DNA of 63,982 nucleotides, the filler included, from Basidiobolus ranarum (lineage: Eukaryota), in NCBI GenBank assembly GCA_040143965.1. It is 3 parts of 3 records of this genome, joined end to end, with 100 filler letters (N's around TTAATTAATTAA, not from the genome) between each part and the next. Parts side by side here need not be neighbours in the genome. Positions count along the whole stretch, not along the records: positions 1 to 22,827 come from JASJQH010000178.1; 2 more parts are not named here. One strand, 5' to 3'. Of this stretch, positions 1 through 13,300 are shown piece by piece. Each line of letters starts with the position of its first letter. The first letter of the stretch is position 1. A program made the position numbers and the translations under genes. The notes under the pieces were generated by a model. The model was not told the DNA's origin and did not search any database. It saw only the letters and a list, made by a program, of their open reading frames with translations.

Positions 1-188
1 CAATATCTATATAAGCCCCATGTATTCCTTGATCAGACCTCAGTCTGATCAACACCAGTTATCAATAAAGATTCTTGCCAAAGTATCTTCCTTGTCCAGT
101 CTTGTCTTGTGGTCTACACCCAAGTACTCTCCAGCCTTCTAGCCTCTTGTTGTTGTTTCCAGTCCTTGTCCAGTTCCTTATTGTGACA
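1..188 (+). mobile_element. Probable 3' portion of an LTR (solo LTR or retrotransposon end)
   Basis: TATATAAG at ~8, AATAAA at ~64, a pyrimidine-rich tract, and a terminus ...TTGTGACA at 188 matching the TG...CA LTR end pattern. The 5' end is outside the window. Confidence 0.35.
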
Positions 189-285
189 GTATAGATGTTA
201 ATAATCAATAAACTACACAAAGGCTGTAGAGATGTTAATAATCAATAAACTACACAAAGGCTGTATAGATGTTGATAATCAATAA
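189..285. repeat. 37-bp tandem repeat, ~2.6 copies
   Basis: Unit GTATAGATGTTAATAATCAATAAACTACACAAAGGCT at 189 and 226, partial copy at 263. Confidence 0.9.
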
Positions 286-892
286 TAAAAAAGCATTTTC
301 TGGGTCTAGAAAATTCAACCAGCAAATAACTGGTAGAATACTCTAAAGAAAGTGTCTAGACTTTACTTTATCACCAAATAAATAAATTTTTATATTAAAC
401 AGAAAACTACGCCCTCTTTTTCCATAAACAATATAGTGTCTTTTTGGCATGCTTTGAACAGGCTGTACGTGTATATTATCTTTGTACCATCAATAAACGG
501 AAGATATTTATTAACGTTTGATTCGTGTTTGATAATTTCGTAAATGAACTTGTTTCTCATAAATTAACTGGTCCACCATACCAGCCATTTGGTTTAGGGA
601 ATGAATGATCTAGCAAGCCTATTCTAACGCTTGGTTTTCCGGTCCAGCAGCCTGGGGAACATAACTTCATTGTCAGCATACTAACCGGTTCAATGCGAGA
701 TGCCTTTCAACGAGTATGAACCTAAGTACTGACTTAGAAATACCATTGGTTGCGTTACAGTGCGAAGCAATGTCTAAGGGTATAGGGTGTTTTTCGCTTC
801 ACAGATATAAAAGTCATAGGCTTCACCCATATTCACAATATCTCTAGCTTCTGACTATCTCTACATTCACCAAGACTTTAAAACAATCCAAG

Positions 893-2138
893 ATGCAAAA
901 AATGAACTCTGGAGATCTGTACAAGAGGGTTAATATAACACGTGCTGATGGTTCCAAGCCTCATGTTCTCATCATTGGAGGTGGCGTCTCTGGTCTTACT
1001 ACTGCATGGGCTTTGCGCAATGCGGGATGCAAGGTTACTGTACTAGCAAAACGATATGCGCAACACGGAGCCCATGGCGAAGCAATAGTTTCTGAAATTG
1101 CTGGTGCATTATGGGAATGGCCTCCTGCCGTTTGTGGCTCTCATGGAAAAGATACTGATGAACAGCTCAGAAACTTACAACGATGGTCTCAGATTTCTTA
1201 CCTTCAATTTAAGGATATTGCTGATGAATTTGGTGTGGATAAAACTGGTATTCGTAAGCGCATGTCATGTTTTCTCTTCGATCGCAAACTTACCACTGAA
1301 GGACTAAAAAAGAACAGTGAAGTTGAAATTGTATGTGACGAATTCAATGATAATATCTAAGATTTAATCAAGAAATACAAGATCAACACCAATCTGGAGG
1401 AAGGGGTACCACATTGTCGATGGCTACGAGCACTTGTCGTATGTAGTTGATCCTGGAAACTATCTTCATTGGTTAAGAAGATTGATTGAAGAGAAAGATG
1501 TTGGATTTCTCCAGGGTGTCGTTGAAGATACTCTTCATGAAGAAGCACCTGACTTGTTAAGACGCTACAAGGCCGATATCATCGTCAACTTAACTGGTAT
1601 GGCCTCTAGAGAACTATGTGACGATGAGAAGATGAAGCCCCTTCGCGGAATCCTTATACATGCGAAGAATGACGGAAAGCGATTCAAGAAGATTGAAGGC
1701 TGCATCTCAATCTCTCAACGCGATGCTGATACCAATTCCACTGCTGAAGAGAAAAGAAAGGCTGAGGAGGGAAGGTTCGAGTTCATTGTACCAAGAAATG
1801 ATGACATACTTATTCTAGGTGGTTATGCTCAGATGGGGCAAGAAACACTTGGGTGGAATGAAAAAGAGGAACAGTACCTGGAAAGAATGAAAGCTGGATG
1901 TGTCAATCTCTATCCTGACTTAGCCAAGGCCGCATTCACCGATTACTACTACCGCGTTGGAATTCGCCCATTTCGTGATGAGCCCCGTGTAGGTCAAGAT
2001 GATAAAAACCCAAAGATCTTCCATAATTACGGTCATGGAGGTTCAGGTTACACCCTTTCATACGGATGCGCACTCGATATCCGCAAAGGGGTGAAGGAAT
2101 ACTTTGAGAACGAATGCAGGCCTCGCAGTAACTTATAA
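893..2138 (+). pseudogene. D-amino-acid oxidase family FAD oxidoreductase, interrupted by an in-frame stop and a frameshift (or a cryptic intron)
   Basis: IIGGGVSG FAD motif, AGALWEWPPAVCG, RG..I, VGIRPFR, HNYGHGGSGYTLSYGCA and a PTS1-like C-terminal SNL. TAA at 1358-1360 and a frame change before ~1404 separate the two ORFs. Confidence 0.75.
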
Positions 2139-2589
2139 GTCTCATCGATTGATGATATTTATTCGTATTGATTGATAGCGCAAATCGTATAAAATGGAGT
2201 CGAAATGGGTTTTACTAATACAACAAAACAGTTAAACACGTCAAAATAAAGTAACTAACCCTAAATAAATCACTCGCATTAATAATCTGACCTCCATATT
2301 GGGTTAGCAGCGAAAAGATCTAGATTTCTTTCACCTGGCAATCGTGATGGGTGAAGAGTGTATATATACATAGAGTCACATGTATGTAATTCAACAAGAA
2401 TATGCACTCTTTTGTTGAAGTGCTCCAATCTTAGGTCAGGTTGGCCAAACTTCACACATAGGATGTTTGTTTTCAATTCGTAATTGGTTCGGTTGATATC
2501 ATATTTATATTTATTATTACCATATAAAAAATATGGTCAGATTCATCTGCGTACTATGCTAATTACTGATAAATAGGTAAGAGTAAGAA

Positions 2590-2624
2590 AAAACCCCTAC
2601 CCTAAAAACCCCTACCCTAAAAAC
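2590..2624. repeat. 15-bp tandem repeat (AAAAACCCCTACCCT x2+)
   Basis: Direct duplication visible between the convergent DAO and ODC genes. Confidence 0.7.
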
Positions 2625-2726
2625 CATATATAATTTCGAATATTTCTACCGACTCTTAGTTACCCCTTTCCTGACAGCAATGTTCGTAATCTCTGTAAGT
2701 TCGTTTAAAACAGACACCTACACTAT

Positions 2727-4001
2727 CTAAACCGAGTTTATATAGTGTAGCTTGGTTTTTTGAAAGCCGTTAAATACAGTAGAGGCACTAGTGGTGTAAG
2801 CACCCATACTCTCAAATACTAACCAGTCATTCACCTCAAGCTCTGGTAGAGAAATACTCTTAAATAAACAATCGGTAGTGTCACATGTTGGTCCCCAAAC
2901 AATGCTGTCATAACGAGGCTCTTCCAATAGCTGATTCTCAAGCTCACAATCAGGTCGGTATGAAAACTCTCCATTATACAGCAGGATTTTCGGCTTGACT
3001 ATAATCAACTGGGACGGAACTCTGCTAAAACAACCATAAAGTCCCTCATTGAGATAGTACATCCATTTTTTATCAGCCTCAGTAAGCCTATCCTTCGTAT
3101 TACCACCATCTAGCCATGTGTCTTTTAACCGCCGTCCGATAACGCATGCTGCAAGAGTATATGCTGAAGCCACCAGGTACCTTCCAGGCTCAGCTATCAC
3201 TCGAACATTTGCAGCAAAGTTCGCATGAAGCTCCTCCTTTATTGCTCTAGCCACCTCTGCAATACTTCCATCTTTCTTTGGATCCCCGGGGAACCCACCA
3301 CCAATATCAAGTGTATGGAATTGGTAGCCATGAGCTTTTCCTATTTCGAATACCTCTCGAGCTTGGGTAAGAGCATTCCGATAAGAAATAGGGTCAAAGC
3401 ATCTGCAGCCAACATGGAAGCTAACTCCCACCACTGAAATACCAATATCTCTAGCTTCTTGAAGGAGATTACCCACTGAAGACATCGGTGCACCTGCCTT
3501 GTCACCCAAGCTGTATTGAGCTTTTGTATTCTGGATAAGAATACGGATGATCGCCTCGGCGTCAGGATAATGTATTTTAATTTTATGAAGCTCGTCGACG
3601 TTATCAAATGTCATTAAGCGGACTTTACGTTCCTTAGCATATTGCAAATGGACACTAGTTTTCACAATGTTAGCAAAAATGATTTTGGATGGACTCACGC
3701 CTTGATCCAAGATTAGTTTGATCTCCTCTTGACTTGCACAATCAAATCCAATCCCTTCGGCGCAGAGAATCTTAAGTATCATTGGATCCGGATTGCATTT
3801 AACAGCATAATAAGGCTCTACCATAGGAAGATGGTTTCTCCATTCTTCTAGTCTTTTCCTCACTTCTCTAAGGTCAGCTATAATGAATGGATCATCGTTG
3901 TTCGATTTGCTCTTATTCTCAAGTTCAGCTTTCAGAGCAGTACTGACGGAGTAGTTGGAATTATTGGTGGTTAAAGTAGAGGATAAATTAGCTACTTTCA
4001 T
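2727..4001 (-). CDS. Ornithine decarboxylase-like PLP enzyme (fold type III), intronless, atypical
   Basis: PYYAVKCN (PLP lysine), FDCAS, FHVG, DIGGGFPG, AEPGRY, WGPTCD and MGAYT motifs; 424 aa. Confidence 0.9.
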   Translation of the reverse strand: MKVANLSSTLTTNNSNYSVSTALKAELENKSKSNNDDPFIIADLREVRKRLEEWRNHLPMVEPYYAVKCNPDPMILKILCAEGIGFDCASQEEIKLILDQGVSPSKIIFANIVKTSVHLQYAKERKVRLMTFDNVDELHKIKIHYPDAEAIIRILIQNTKAQYSLGDKAGAPMSSVGNLLQEARDIGISVVGVSFHVGCRCFDPISYRNALTQAREVFEIGKAHGYQFHTLDIGGGFPGDPKKDGSIAEVARAIKEELHANFAANVRVIAEPGRYLVASAYTLAACVIGRRLKDTWLDGGNTKDRLTEADKKWMYYLNEGLYGCFSRVPSQLIIVKPKILLYNGEFSYRPDCELENQLLEEPRYDSIVWGPTCDTTDCLFKSISLPELEVNDWLVFESMGAYTTSASTVFNGFQKTKLHYINSV

Positions 4002-5961
4002 GATGTGAACTGTAGAATTCTTGGTGGTTAAGAAAGCTCAAAATTACTTATATATAAGAGCAAGGCGCAACTTTAAGGGTCAAGTTCAAAGATCGCACTC
4101 AGATGCATTAATATGAGCAATAAGCACGACTTAATGTAAAAAGTTGCATGCAGTCATGATTTAGTCTCAATTTTCAGCAAAGGCACATTTAATACGTTGT
4201 ACTTGTTCCATCAGGTCCGGGGTGATCGGACCTTGGCTCAATATAATAGAGTAATTATGACTGAAATTGCTCATGCTGGAGGGTGCTTGTTATTGCCAAA
4301 TTGTGGTGCATAATTTTTAGGATCCAATATCCTATATACAGCACAATCTGGCACTATAAAATGGAACAAGTCCGTTCAATCTGCTTGGTATCTTCAGTAC
4401 CCTTTATCACCACAATTCAATATCAGAATAAGGTATTTCAACTAATGATTACCATCTCCATGCAAGGAACAGAATGATAAACAAGGGTTGACTTCTTTCC
4501 CTCGCGCATACACACAGAGCTTTAGCATTCCTTAATGCTTTGAGTGCCTGCCATATTTCACTCAACAAAGGTGATTAAGCATATCAAAAGGCCTATTTTT
4601 GAAATACTCTATCATAATTGGAGCTCAGATATTAACTACTTAACAGGAAATATTCGGAATCCACCTATCCCAAATGCATGGATCGACAAGGTGAACAATC
4701 CCTTGTATCTAAGCCCTCGCCGCTACCATCACCTTCACTTGCTTACTTACATCTCAGCTGACATACTCACGCAATATAACATCGTATCATCTATGCAAAC
4801 GTATCTTAGAGATTTCATTATATACTGTTTGATAGTAATTTTAATGCAATTCCTCCTCCCAAAAACCCCCCGCATAAAGCTAGAATATATGTTTGGATGA
4901 TTGCGCTACAATATTGCACAGACAAAACTAAAAGAAATATGTACCTATTCGAGGGCTTAATCATATGCTTCAACGCTCGGCTCAAATCGTCAAAGTACCC
5001 CCAACAGACTAAAATTGAGTAATCTAAGAGTAGTTCTCAATGGCCATTTTCTCAAACTTAAGCTAATATTACATGAAATCAAATACTCTACGTACTTTGG
5101 AATGAACCTACATTTATGCTAACACACTCTGGCCTCCACTGTTTATAGAAGAAAATTTGACAAGCTAGACATTTGTCCAAAGAGCAGTGAAAGCGAAGGG
5201 CTAAATTTGGCAAGCTTCTCTATATTAGCACCCTCCGCCAGGCATAAATGAAAGGGTATCTCGTCAGCTAGCAGCAGTCGACCAACGAAAAAAGTAAACA
5301 ATCCTACGTGGTTATCGCTACACTAAACACTTGATGCAGAGTATCTTAGCACCAGTTAACATTGATTTTATTATAATGCTCGTCTTCGAGAATGAATGCA
5401 GTATTGCCTCGATTACTACGGCTACTTCAGTGAGCAACTGTTGGTTGAATCATAGAATTTGTTAACGAAGCCTAAAGTGACGTCAGTATACAAACATACC
5501 AATATAAGGCCCTTAATAGATCTCCGTCGTCTAGTGGCAAACTTCACACTGACTCTTATTGCCTTCATCTGCATTTCATCCGAAACAGAGGCCTCGCCGA
5601 CCAATATATATCTTGCTACTTTAGTTAGTATATTGTACTCTCAATATTCTGTTGATCAAATATTGCAGAACACCCCCATAAGCCACATCTTTAATACATA
5701 TTGCTGAACATGATGACTATCTACATTATCCTAACACCAACCTCTATATTTCAACCCGAAGACTTTAGTTTCAAATTGCCATCTGAAATCTTCGCAACTG
5801 TCTTGCTCTGCTGTGACTGGTGATGATAATATTCCAATTATGAAACATAGTTTGTATGCTCCAACAGAAACCCATTGAAGTAATCCACTTGAGCATTTAG
5901 TCACAATTCCATTCCACTTGAGATACTTAAAGCTGTTGTGGTTAACAGAATATAGCGCAAA

Positions 5962-7601
5962 ATGATGTCCCCTAGTGCAACTGAGTCGCTTGAATGGCTA
6001 CATTGCAACAGTTGCTTTCGTGATCCTCTTTCATTTGATAAAAATTTACAACTATCTCTTCAATTCCTTAACGTTACCGAATGCGGTCATATTGTTTGTC
6101 AGCAATGCTTTAAAAAGGGTACATATCAATATAGCAACTACAAGGAACTTACCGATACTTATACTTTGTTAAAGATAGCAATAATCTCCCCTCTCAATGT
6201 CCAGTTTGCCAAACTACATGCGCCGCCGTACCACTGGGAGATAAAGTAAATACCTCTTACAATTCTACGCTTTGTGTTTAGCTCTTTTACTCATAGTGAT
6301 TGGCTCTTCAGTTTCCTTCTAAAATCAAGCATTTTTTCCGTCCGTCGATATCCATTCTTGAAGAGACTCTTGAGGTTATGAAAGTAATACTATGATTACA
6401 TTTACCTTCCCTTCTATCCATTTAAAGGATATTCAATAATAGAAGTTGTAGTTTCAGCAGACAAATATGTTAGGATTGATACGTTTTTTAAAATCAAAAG
6501 TATCCAAGCAGAAAGAGGTTCTGAACAAGGCTAAGAATGAATTGTTAAATATCAAGGACCTTCGCAAGTACGTGCTTCATTACCTCAATGAAATCATTAG
6601 CTAATCTTTATTTACCCAGATCAATCCAAACGTTAACTAACGAAAATGAAATACTAAAATCCCGTTTGACTGGTGTTCGTAATGCAGTATCAACGAACGA
6701 TGGGTATAGATTTGGTACTTCGTACCAATTAATTGCTGGAAATTTTGTTAATTTTAATGTTTCCTAGAGCTCAACAATTGGATGACTCAGTATCAGTAGC
6801 ACAGTCCAGCAAACCTCAACTCTCGGCTCATGTAATTTCTAAATATATAACATAATTTTGTGATATCAATAATATATAGCAATATTTGAGGTTCCTGTAG
6901 AGGAGAACCAAAGATCTAGGAGTATATCTCGCCTATCACTTCCTGCTCGTGGACGAAGTTTCACTCCTTCTCCTCTACTGTCAACTTCACCAAATTTCAT
7001 CCCTAGATCACCAATTCAACACAGCAAAGCTACGATCGGTTCCAGATGGACTAAGTATCCTCGAGGTGCCAAAGATTCTTATCCGGCAACAAAGCAACTA
7101 GAAGAGTATCCAACTTCGAATCGACAGCCGAGGTAAATTCATAAAATTACATACGAAATATAATAATTAATTCTCTTGCATAAAGACGCTTTCCGGCACC
7201 ATATGAGGATTCCAGGCCTCAAAGCCGGATGTCGGAGCATTCGCAACCATTACTCTCTTACCCTAATGCTTCAAATATGCGAAGGCCATGGGTATATAGC
7301 TCTCATTCAAACTACAGCCAGTCTGCCAGGGATTTCGACTCGCAAGGGAGAAATATGCGACCTTATACTTCCTCAACTTTGCCCTTCGTCCGCAACCCTG
7401 AAGGTTATCCACACCCAACTAATGGAGGATATTTCAATAATCGATACGGTAGATGTAATATTTCTTGTTTTATATCATATATATTTTTTATTAACTCGGA
7501 TTCAAGCTTCACCACACCAGCAAAATTATAATGGACCGCAATCTATACGTACACCAGTTGTTCGAAATCGCTCGGCATTCCCCCATTTAGGATACAGCTA
7601 G
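5962..7601 (+). CDS. RNF212/Zip3-like RING-finger meiotic E3 ligase (multi-exon)
   Basis: WLHCNSCF...TECGHIVCQQC...CPVC RING, then coiled-coil exons (FQQTNMLGLIRFLKSKVSKQKEVLNKAKNEL) and a Ser/Pro-rich tail; GT-AG introns; stop TAG at 7599-7601. Confidence 0.75.
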
Positions 7602-8085
7602 CTTTGATATACAAGGCAAGATTAGCATTGTCTTTAGTTTTTGCGATGATTTTGTTTCAATAAATGCCTAGCTAATCTTGCTTGTGAGTAAATGTACTTC
7701 TCTTGATTACTGAGACTAAAATATTAAGTTAGTACCACTATAAGTTTTTAGAAGCGTCTAATGTATTTGTTCGTTGACTGAACACTATAATAAGCATTAT
7801 TTCTGTTCGAAAGTAGTAAAATTGTAGACTGATATTATGAGTTCACTATTCAACTGACATTTTTAAAAACATTTGCCTATTTCCAGGAGTTTAAGCGATG
7901 AGCCTAATATTATCATAATGAATACGATATTGACAGTCACGGGATAAATTAGCATATTTATCCAATACTTGTGACAGATTTTACACAATGAATATACAAA
8001 TTCTATTGAAATCACTTAATACAAATTAATATGCATTGACTTCATTCAAAAACTATCATTAAGATACGAACGAATACCTGCACGA

Positions 8086-11000
8086 ATGAGCAGAGATTCA
8101 CTTTCTTTGGTTGACATGCCGCTTTCAGGTAGATCTAGAAAAGATAGGTCTTCTGATGAACATGAACACGCTGCACTACTAATAGATGATAATCCTGAAG
8201 TATTTGGAGTTTACTGATCTTTTTTCAATCTGTGTAATTAACCATATTGTTAATTTTCCAGGTTTTACCGAACATTAACAGTTCTCAAAAAGGGTCACGG
8301 ACGATAGGCCTACCAAGAAACAGTAATGATTAATTGACTTTTGAAAAGCGTAAGTGTTACTCATCTGACTAATCGCATTGATGATAAACAGATTCTTCCG
8401 GCAATAAGTACCCGCCCAATGTCATTCGTAACCAAAAATACAATGTGATTACTTTTCTACCCATCATTCTCTATGAACAGGTTAGTAAGTTATAATTTTT
8501 GTCAATCCTTCTACTGGAACTAAGAGCGATCACCTTCTTTTCAATAGTTTAAATTCTTTTTCAACCTCTACTTTTTATTGGTTGCACTTTCACAATTTAT
8601 TCCGGCATTAAAAATAGGTAAGAGTATTTTTTTAATCAAAACACGTAAAGCCCACTTTATGAAATATCGGTGAAATAGGATATATCGTGACATATGTTGG
8701 CCCTTTGTGCTTCGTGCTTATTATAACTATAAGTAAGGAGGCTTATGATGATTGGAAACGCCATCAACGAGATCAAGAAGCAAATTCACAACAATACGAG
8801 ATACTGACACAAGACGGATACGAATTCATTCCCAGTGCTAAAATCAAGGTTGGAGACATGGTGGTTATAAGAAAAGACCAGAGGGTAAATACTGAACGCG
8901 TAACTTCTATATTTCTGTCTAGAACTGTAAGACTAACCGACATAAATTTCTTAGATCCCAGCTGACTTGATACTTCTGCGAACAAGTGAAAGTAGTGGTG
9001 CCTGCTTCATTCGAACTGATCAACTTGATGGCGAAACTGATTGGAAACTAAGGTATAACCTACTACGAACCAAATTGGCAAAGATCTTTATTAACTGAAT
9101 AAAATATATCAGGTTGGCTGTTCCTACTTGTCAGAAACTACCCAACGATAATAGTTTACTGCAAATTGAAGCGTCGGTCTATGGTTAGTTCTAGCGCAAA
9201 AACAAGGTTTTTCAGTAGTTGACTGTTTTTTCACTATCTCTAGCGGATGTCCCTCACAAAGACATACACAACTTTTTGGGAACATTCACGAGATATTTTC
9301 CCAATAGTTTGGTACTACCCTTATGTTTTATGAAGTAACCTTGCTCGTCTATTTCTAATAATGTCCTCAACCAGCCTCCCCAAATAGAAGCTCTTAGTGT
9401 CGAAAATACTTTGTGGACCAATACAGTTTTAGCTTCGGGAACGGCTGTAGGTCTTGTGGTGTACACTGGAAAAGAAACCAGAGCTGTTATGAATACAAGC
9501 CACCCCGAAACCAAAGTTGGACTTTTAGATATGGAAATGAACAGGCTATCCAAGGTTAATATCGATCTTTCGATTTCCACAAGTATATGTTTCTCATAAT
9601 GCTTTGAGTAGATACTCTGTGCCGTAACTTTCGTATTATCATTCGTGATGATCGCGCTAAACCAGTTCCGAGGAACTTGGTATACTTACCTCTTCCGCTT
9701 CTTGATTCTATTTTCCTCCATTATTCCCATCAGGTAAAGTTTCGCAAAGCTTTCACCTCTCTCCCAGTTTCTCACAGGTTTTCCTTTGTAGTTTACGTGT
9801 GAATCTCGACATGGGAAAGACATTCTATTCCTACCAGATCACCAGAGACAAGCAGATCCCCGATACTATTGTACGTACTAGCACAATCCCCGAGGAATTA
9901 GGACGAATTGAATATTTACTTTCTGATAAAACTGGAACACTCACTCAAAACGGTACCCTATCATAAATATTGTACACTCATTTGCAGTTTCAAATATACT
10001 TACATGTACTTGACAGAAATGGAGCTGAAGAAACTACACATGGGCACAATGTCTTATGGCGACGATTCTATGGATGAAGTTTTACGTCACCTTACAACAT
10101 TTTATGAAAGACAACAAAGTAATAGCATCTTGTGATTTTACATAGCTTCCAATTCAGTGTCGTATTAATATTATTACATACTAGATACTTCAGATACTGC
10201 ACCAAATCGTACTAAGAGAACCGCGAGTTTCTCGGCTACAAAAACTAGACGGGATATTGCTACTCGGATTCAAGATATAGTGCAAGCATTAGCTCTGTGT
10301 CATAATGTTCGAGAACCTTAGCATTATTACTAGACAAACATGATTGACTTAGACTTAACTATATATAGGTTACCCCTGTGGATTCTGAGGATGGCTCCAT
10401 TACATACCAAGCCTCATCTCCTGACGAAGTCGCAATAGTTCGCTGGACAGAAAGAATCCAAATGCCTTTGGTGTTCCGAGATTTAAACTCTATGCATATT
10501 AAAACACCTGGAGGAAAGACACTCGAATTCGAAATCCTTCATGTATTTCCTTTTACCAGTGAGAGTAAGAGAATGGGTATTATCGTCAGGAACAAGTCCA
10601 CCGATGAAATCACTTTCTACATGAAAGGCGCTGATGTAGTAATGGCTAAGATTGTGCAATACAATGATTGGTATGTAACAGTGACTATGCTAGTATAGAG
10701 TATAATGGAAACTGACCTTTGATCCCAGGCTTGATGAAGAATGTGGGAACATGGCTCGTGAAGGCTTACGCACTCTTGTGATTGGACGTAAGCGACTATC
10801 AGAAGAAACATATCGTGTGTTTGAGAAGAAGTGAGTACTTCATCTTGTTTAATCCCAAATCTCTGCTAATGTTGCGTATCAGGTATCTCGAAGCCAAAAT
10901 TAGCATTCACGACCGAAACACCGCTGTACAATCAGTGATTTCTACCATGTTGGAGCATGACTTGGAACTTCTTGGCTTAACTGGTGTTGAAGACAAACTT

Positions 11001-13093
11001 CAGGTATTTATCAGGAACCACTTTAAAATGGTCTCTTTATCAACGATGTTTTTGGCACTAGAATGGAGTTAAGAATACATTGGAGCTGTTAAGAAATGCC
11101 GGTCTAAAGATTTGGATGCTAACTGGTTTGTGATACTTCATCAAACTCTATTAGTATCATGAATTTAACAATTGTCTTCTTCCAGGTGACAAGATCGAGA
11201 CTGCCAAGTGTATCTCCGTATCTTCGAAGTTGGTTCATCGTAATCAAAACATTCACATCATCTCCAAATGTAAGTCTACCAAACTCGACGTGGATAATGT
11301 CTCCATACTTAAACTGTATTATCTCATGCTAGTAAAACATCCCTCTGTTGTTCCTGATGAGCTGGATATCCTACGTGTTCAGAATGAAAGCTGCTTAATT
11401 ATTGATGGTGAATCTCTTCAGGTGAGTTTGACAAACTAATCAATTCAGATCGAGCATATTGAAGTGGTTGCTTATTTCCTCCCTCATCAAGATCTGCTTA
11501 GACTACTGGAAAACAGAATTCATTGAATTAGCAGTCCGTCTTCCGGTTGTGGTTTGTTGCAGATGCTCTCCAACACAAAAGGCAAGATATAAGAGAATCT
11601 TGATAGTGATGTTTAGTGGAAGGTTAAATAACTCGAATCCTTCGATATAGGCTGACATTACTAAGCTTATTAGAGAATTTACCAAAAAGCGAGTTTGTTC
11701 AATTGGTGATGGAGGTAACGATGTAAGCATGATCCAGGCCGCCGATATAGGTATGCATCTCTCTATCTTAACCTAGAATTACAACTTGCCATAGAACAGA
11801 ATGTTTACCACTCTTAATCAGGTGTTGGTATTGTCGGAAAAGAAGGAAAGCAAGCATCTCTAGCCGCTGACTTCTCGATCACTCAATTCAGCCATATTAC
11901 ACGTTTACTTTGTAGGTTTTTCTAACCTGATTCTCTTTTGGACTTATTTGTACTAATCATCCCTCAACAACCCTTCGGATCAATCAGTATGGCATGGAAG
12001 AAATAGTTGTATCCTTACTTTACAGATTCATCATTTAGCCCCTTTGGAGAAACTATTAACAAATGTTACCCTTAACCTAATTCAATTCAATACTAACAGA
12101 TCAACGCTCCGCGAAGCTCAGTCAGTTTGTCATTCACCGTGGTCTCATTATTTCTATAATGCAAGCAGCTTTCTCTGCCATTTTTTACTTTGCGCCCATT
12201 GCTCTTTATCAGGTACGCTTTTACTGATTCCACCTATTTTAGATCGTTATTTACTTATGTTATGGTTGGGTTTAATTTAGGGTGCTCTTCTTGTTGGGTA
12301 AGCTATAGTCTATTCTTTGTCTATATAACTGTTTATTGACTTCCCTGCAAAAAGATACACTACTTGCTATACGATGTGGCCAGTGTTTTCTTTAGTTTTA
12401 GATAAGGATGTTAGTGAGGATATTGCGCTTCTCTATCCAGAATTGTATAAAGATCTCACTAAGGTATGAAGTTATACTGTTATGTGGGAGCTTTGTGAGC
12501 TTTAAGATTAAAATTTATTACAGGGACGTTCGTTGTCATACAAGACCTTTTTCACATGGCTGCTTATAAGCGTTTATCAAGGTACTTTACTGATTCTTTC
12601 ACATAATGTGTGGCCTATTTCTAATTTCCTTTGTAGGGGGGGCTATAATGATGCTTGCGATTTGGTTGTTCGATGCTGAGTTCATTCACATCGTATCTAT
12701 TTCCTTTACCGCTCTGATCTTCAACGAGCTTCTTATGGTTGCATTTGAGATTAATACTTGGTAACTTAATATTTTCTTGAATGGTAGACCTAGTATGTGC
12801 ATTAACTCTGAATTACTCTAGGCATCCGTTTATGATTTATTCGCAGATAGGGTCCATTATTGTCTACATTGTATCTATGATTTTTTTGAAAACGGACTTC
12901 GGTAAGTTGTTGTCTGACTGATTCCATGTTTATTAGTTTACTAATGTTAACTTTGGTAGATATGGACTTTATACTGACATGGGGATTTGTATGGAAAGTT
13001 GCTTTAATTACCGCTGTAAGCAGTCTACCATTATATGTGTTTAAACTTTTCAGAAGATGGTATGCACCCCCAAGTTACTCGAAATTGACGTAA
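8086..13093 (+). CDS. NEO1: P4-ATPase phospholipid flippase, Neo1/ATP9 class (many exons)
   Basis: [72 protein letters not shown]-terminus APPSYSKLT*. Confidence 0.95.
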
Positions 13094-13300
13094 GAAAATG
13101 ACGTAAAATAGCTTCAACATTCAATCAACCAACCTTCATATACTCCATCAGTGACTAAAAATGCGATTATGTAAACATGTTTATTTTATCCTTTTTGAGA
13201 TATCATTGGAACCAACATAATAAAATAAATCATGAAATATGTGTTCGGAATAGACATCAACCAGAAAGGATTTTGATAATTATTACGTAAAATGTAGTAT

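Noticed and set aside
189-285. 37-bp repeats as a CRISPR array
   Set aside because: Units are directly adjacent with no spacers, in a eukaryotic context with no cas genes.
4283-5707. Short ORFs between the ODC-like and RNF212-like genes
   Set aside because: No recognisable motifs, non-ATG starts and intergenic-like composition.
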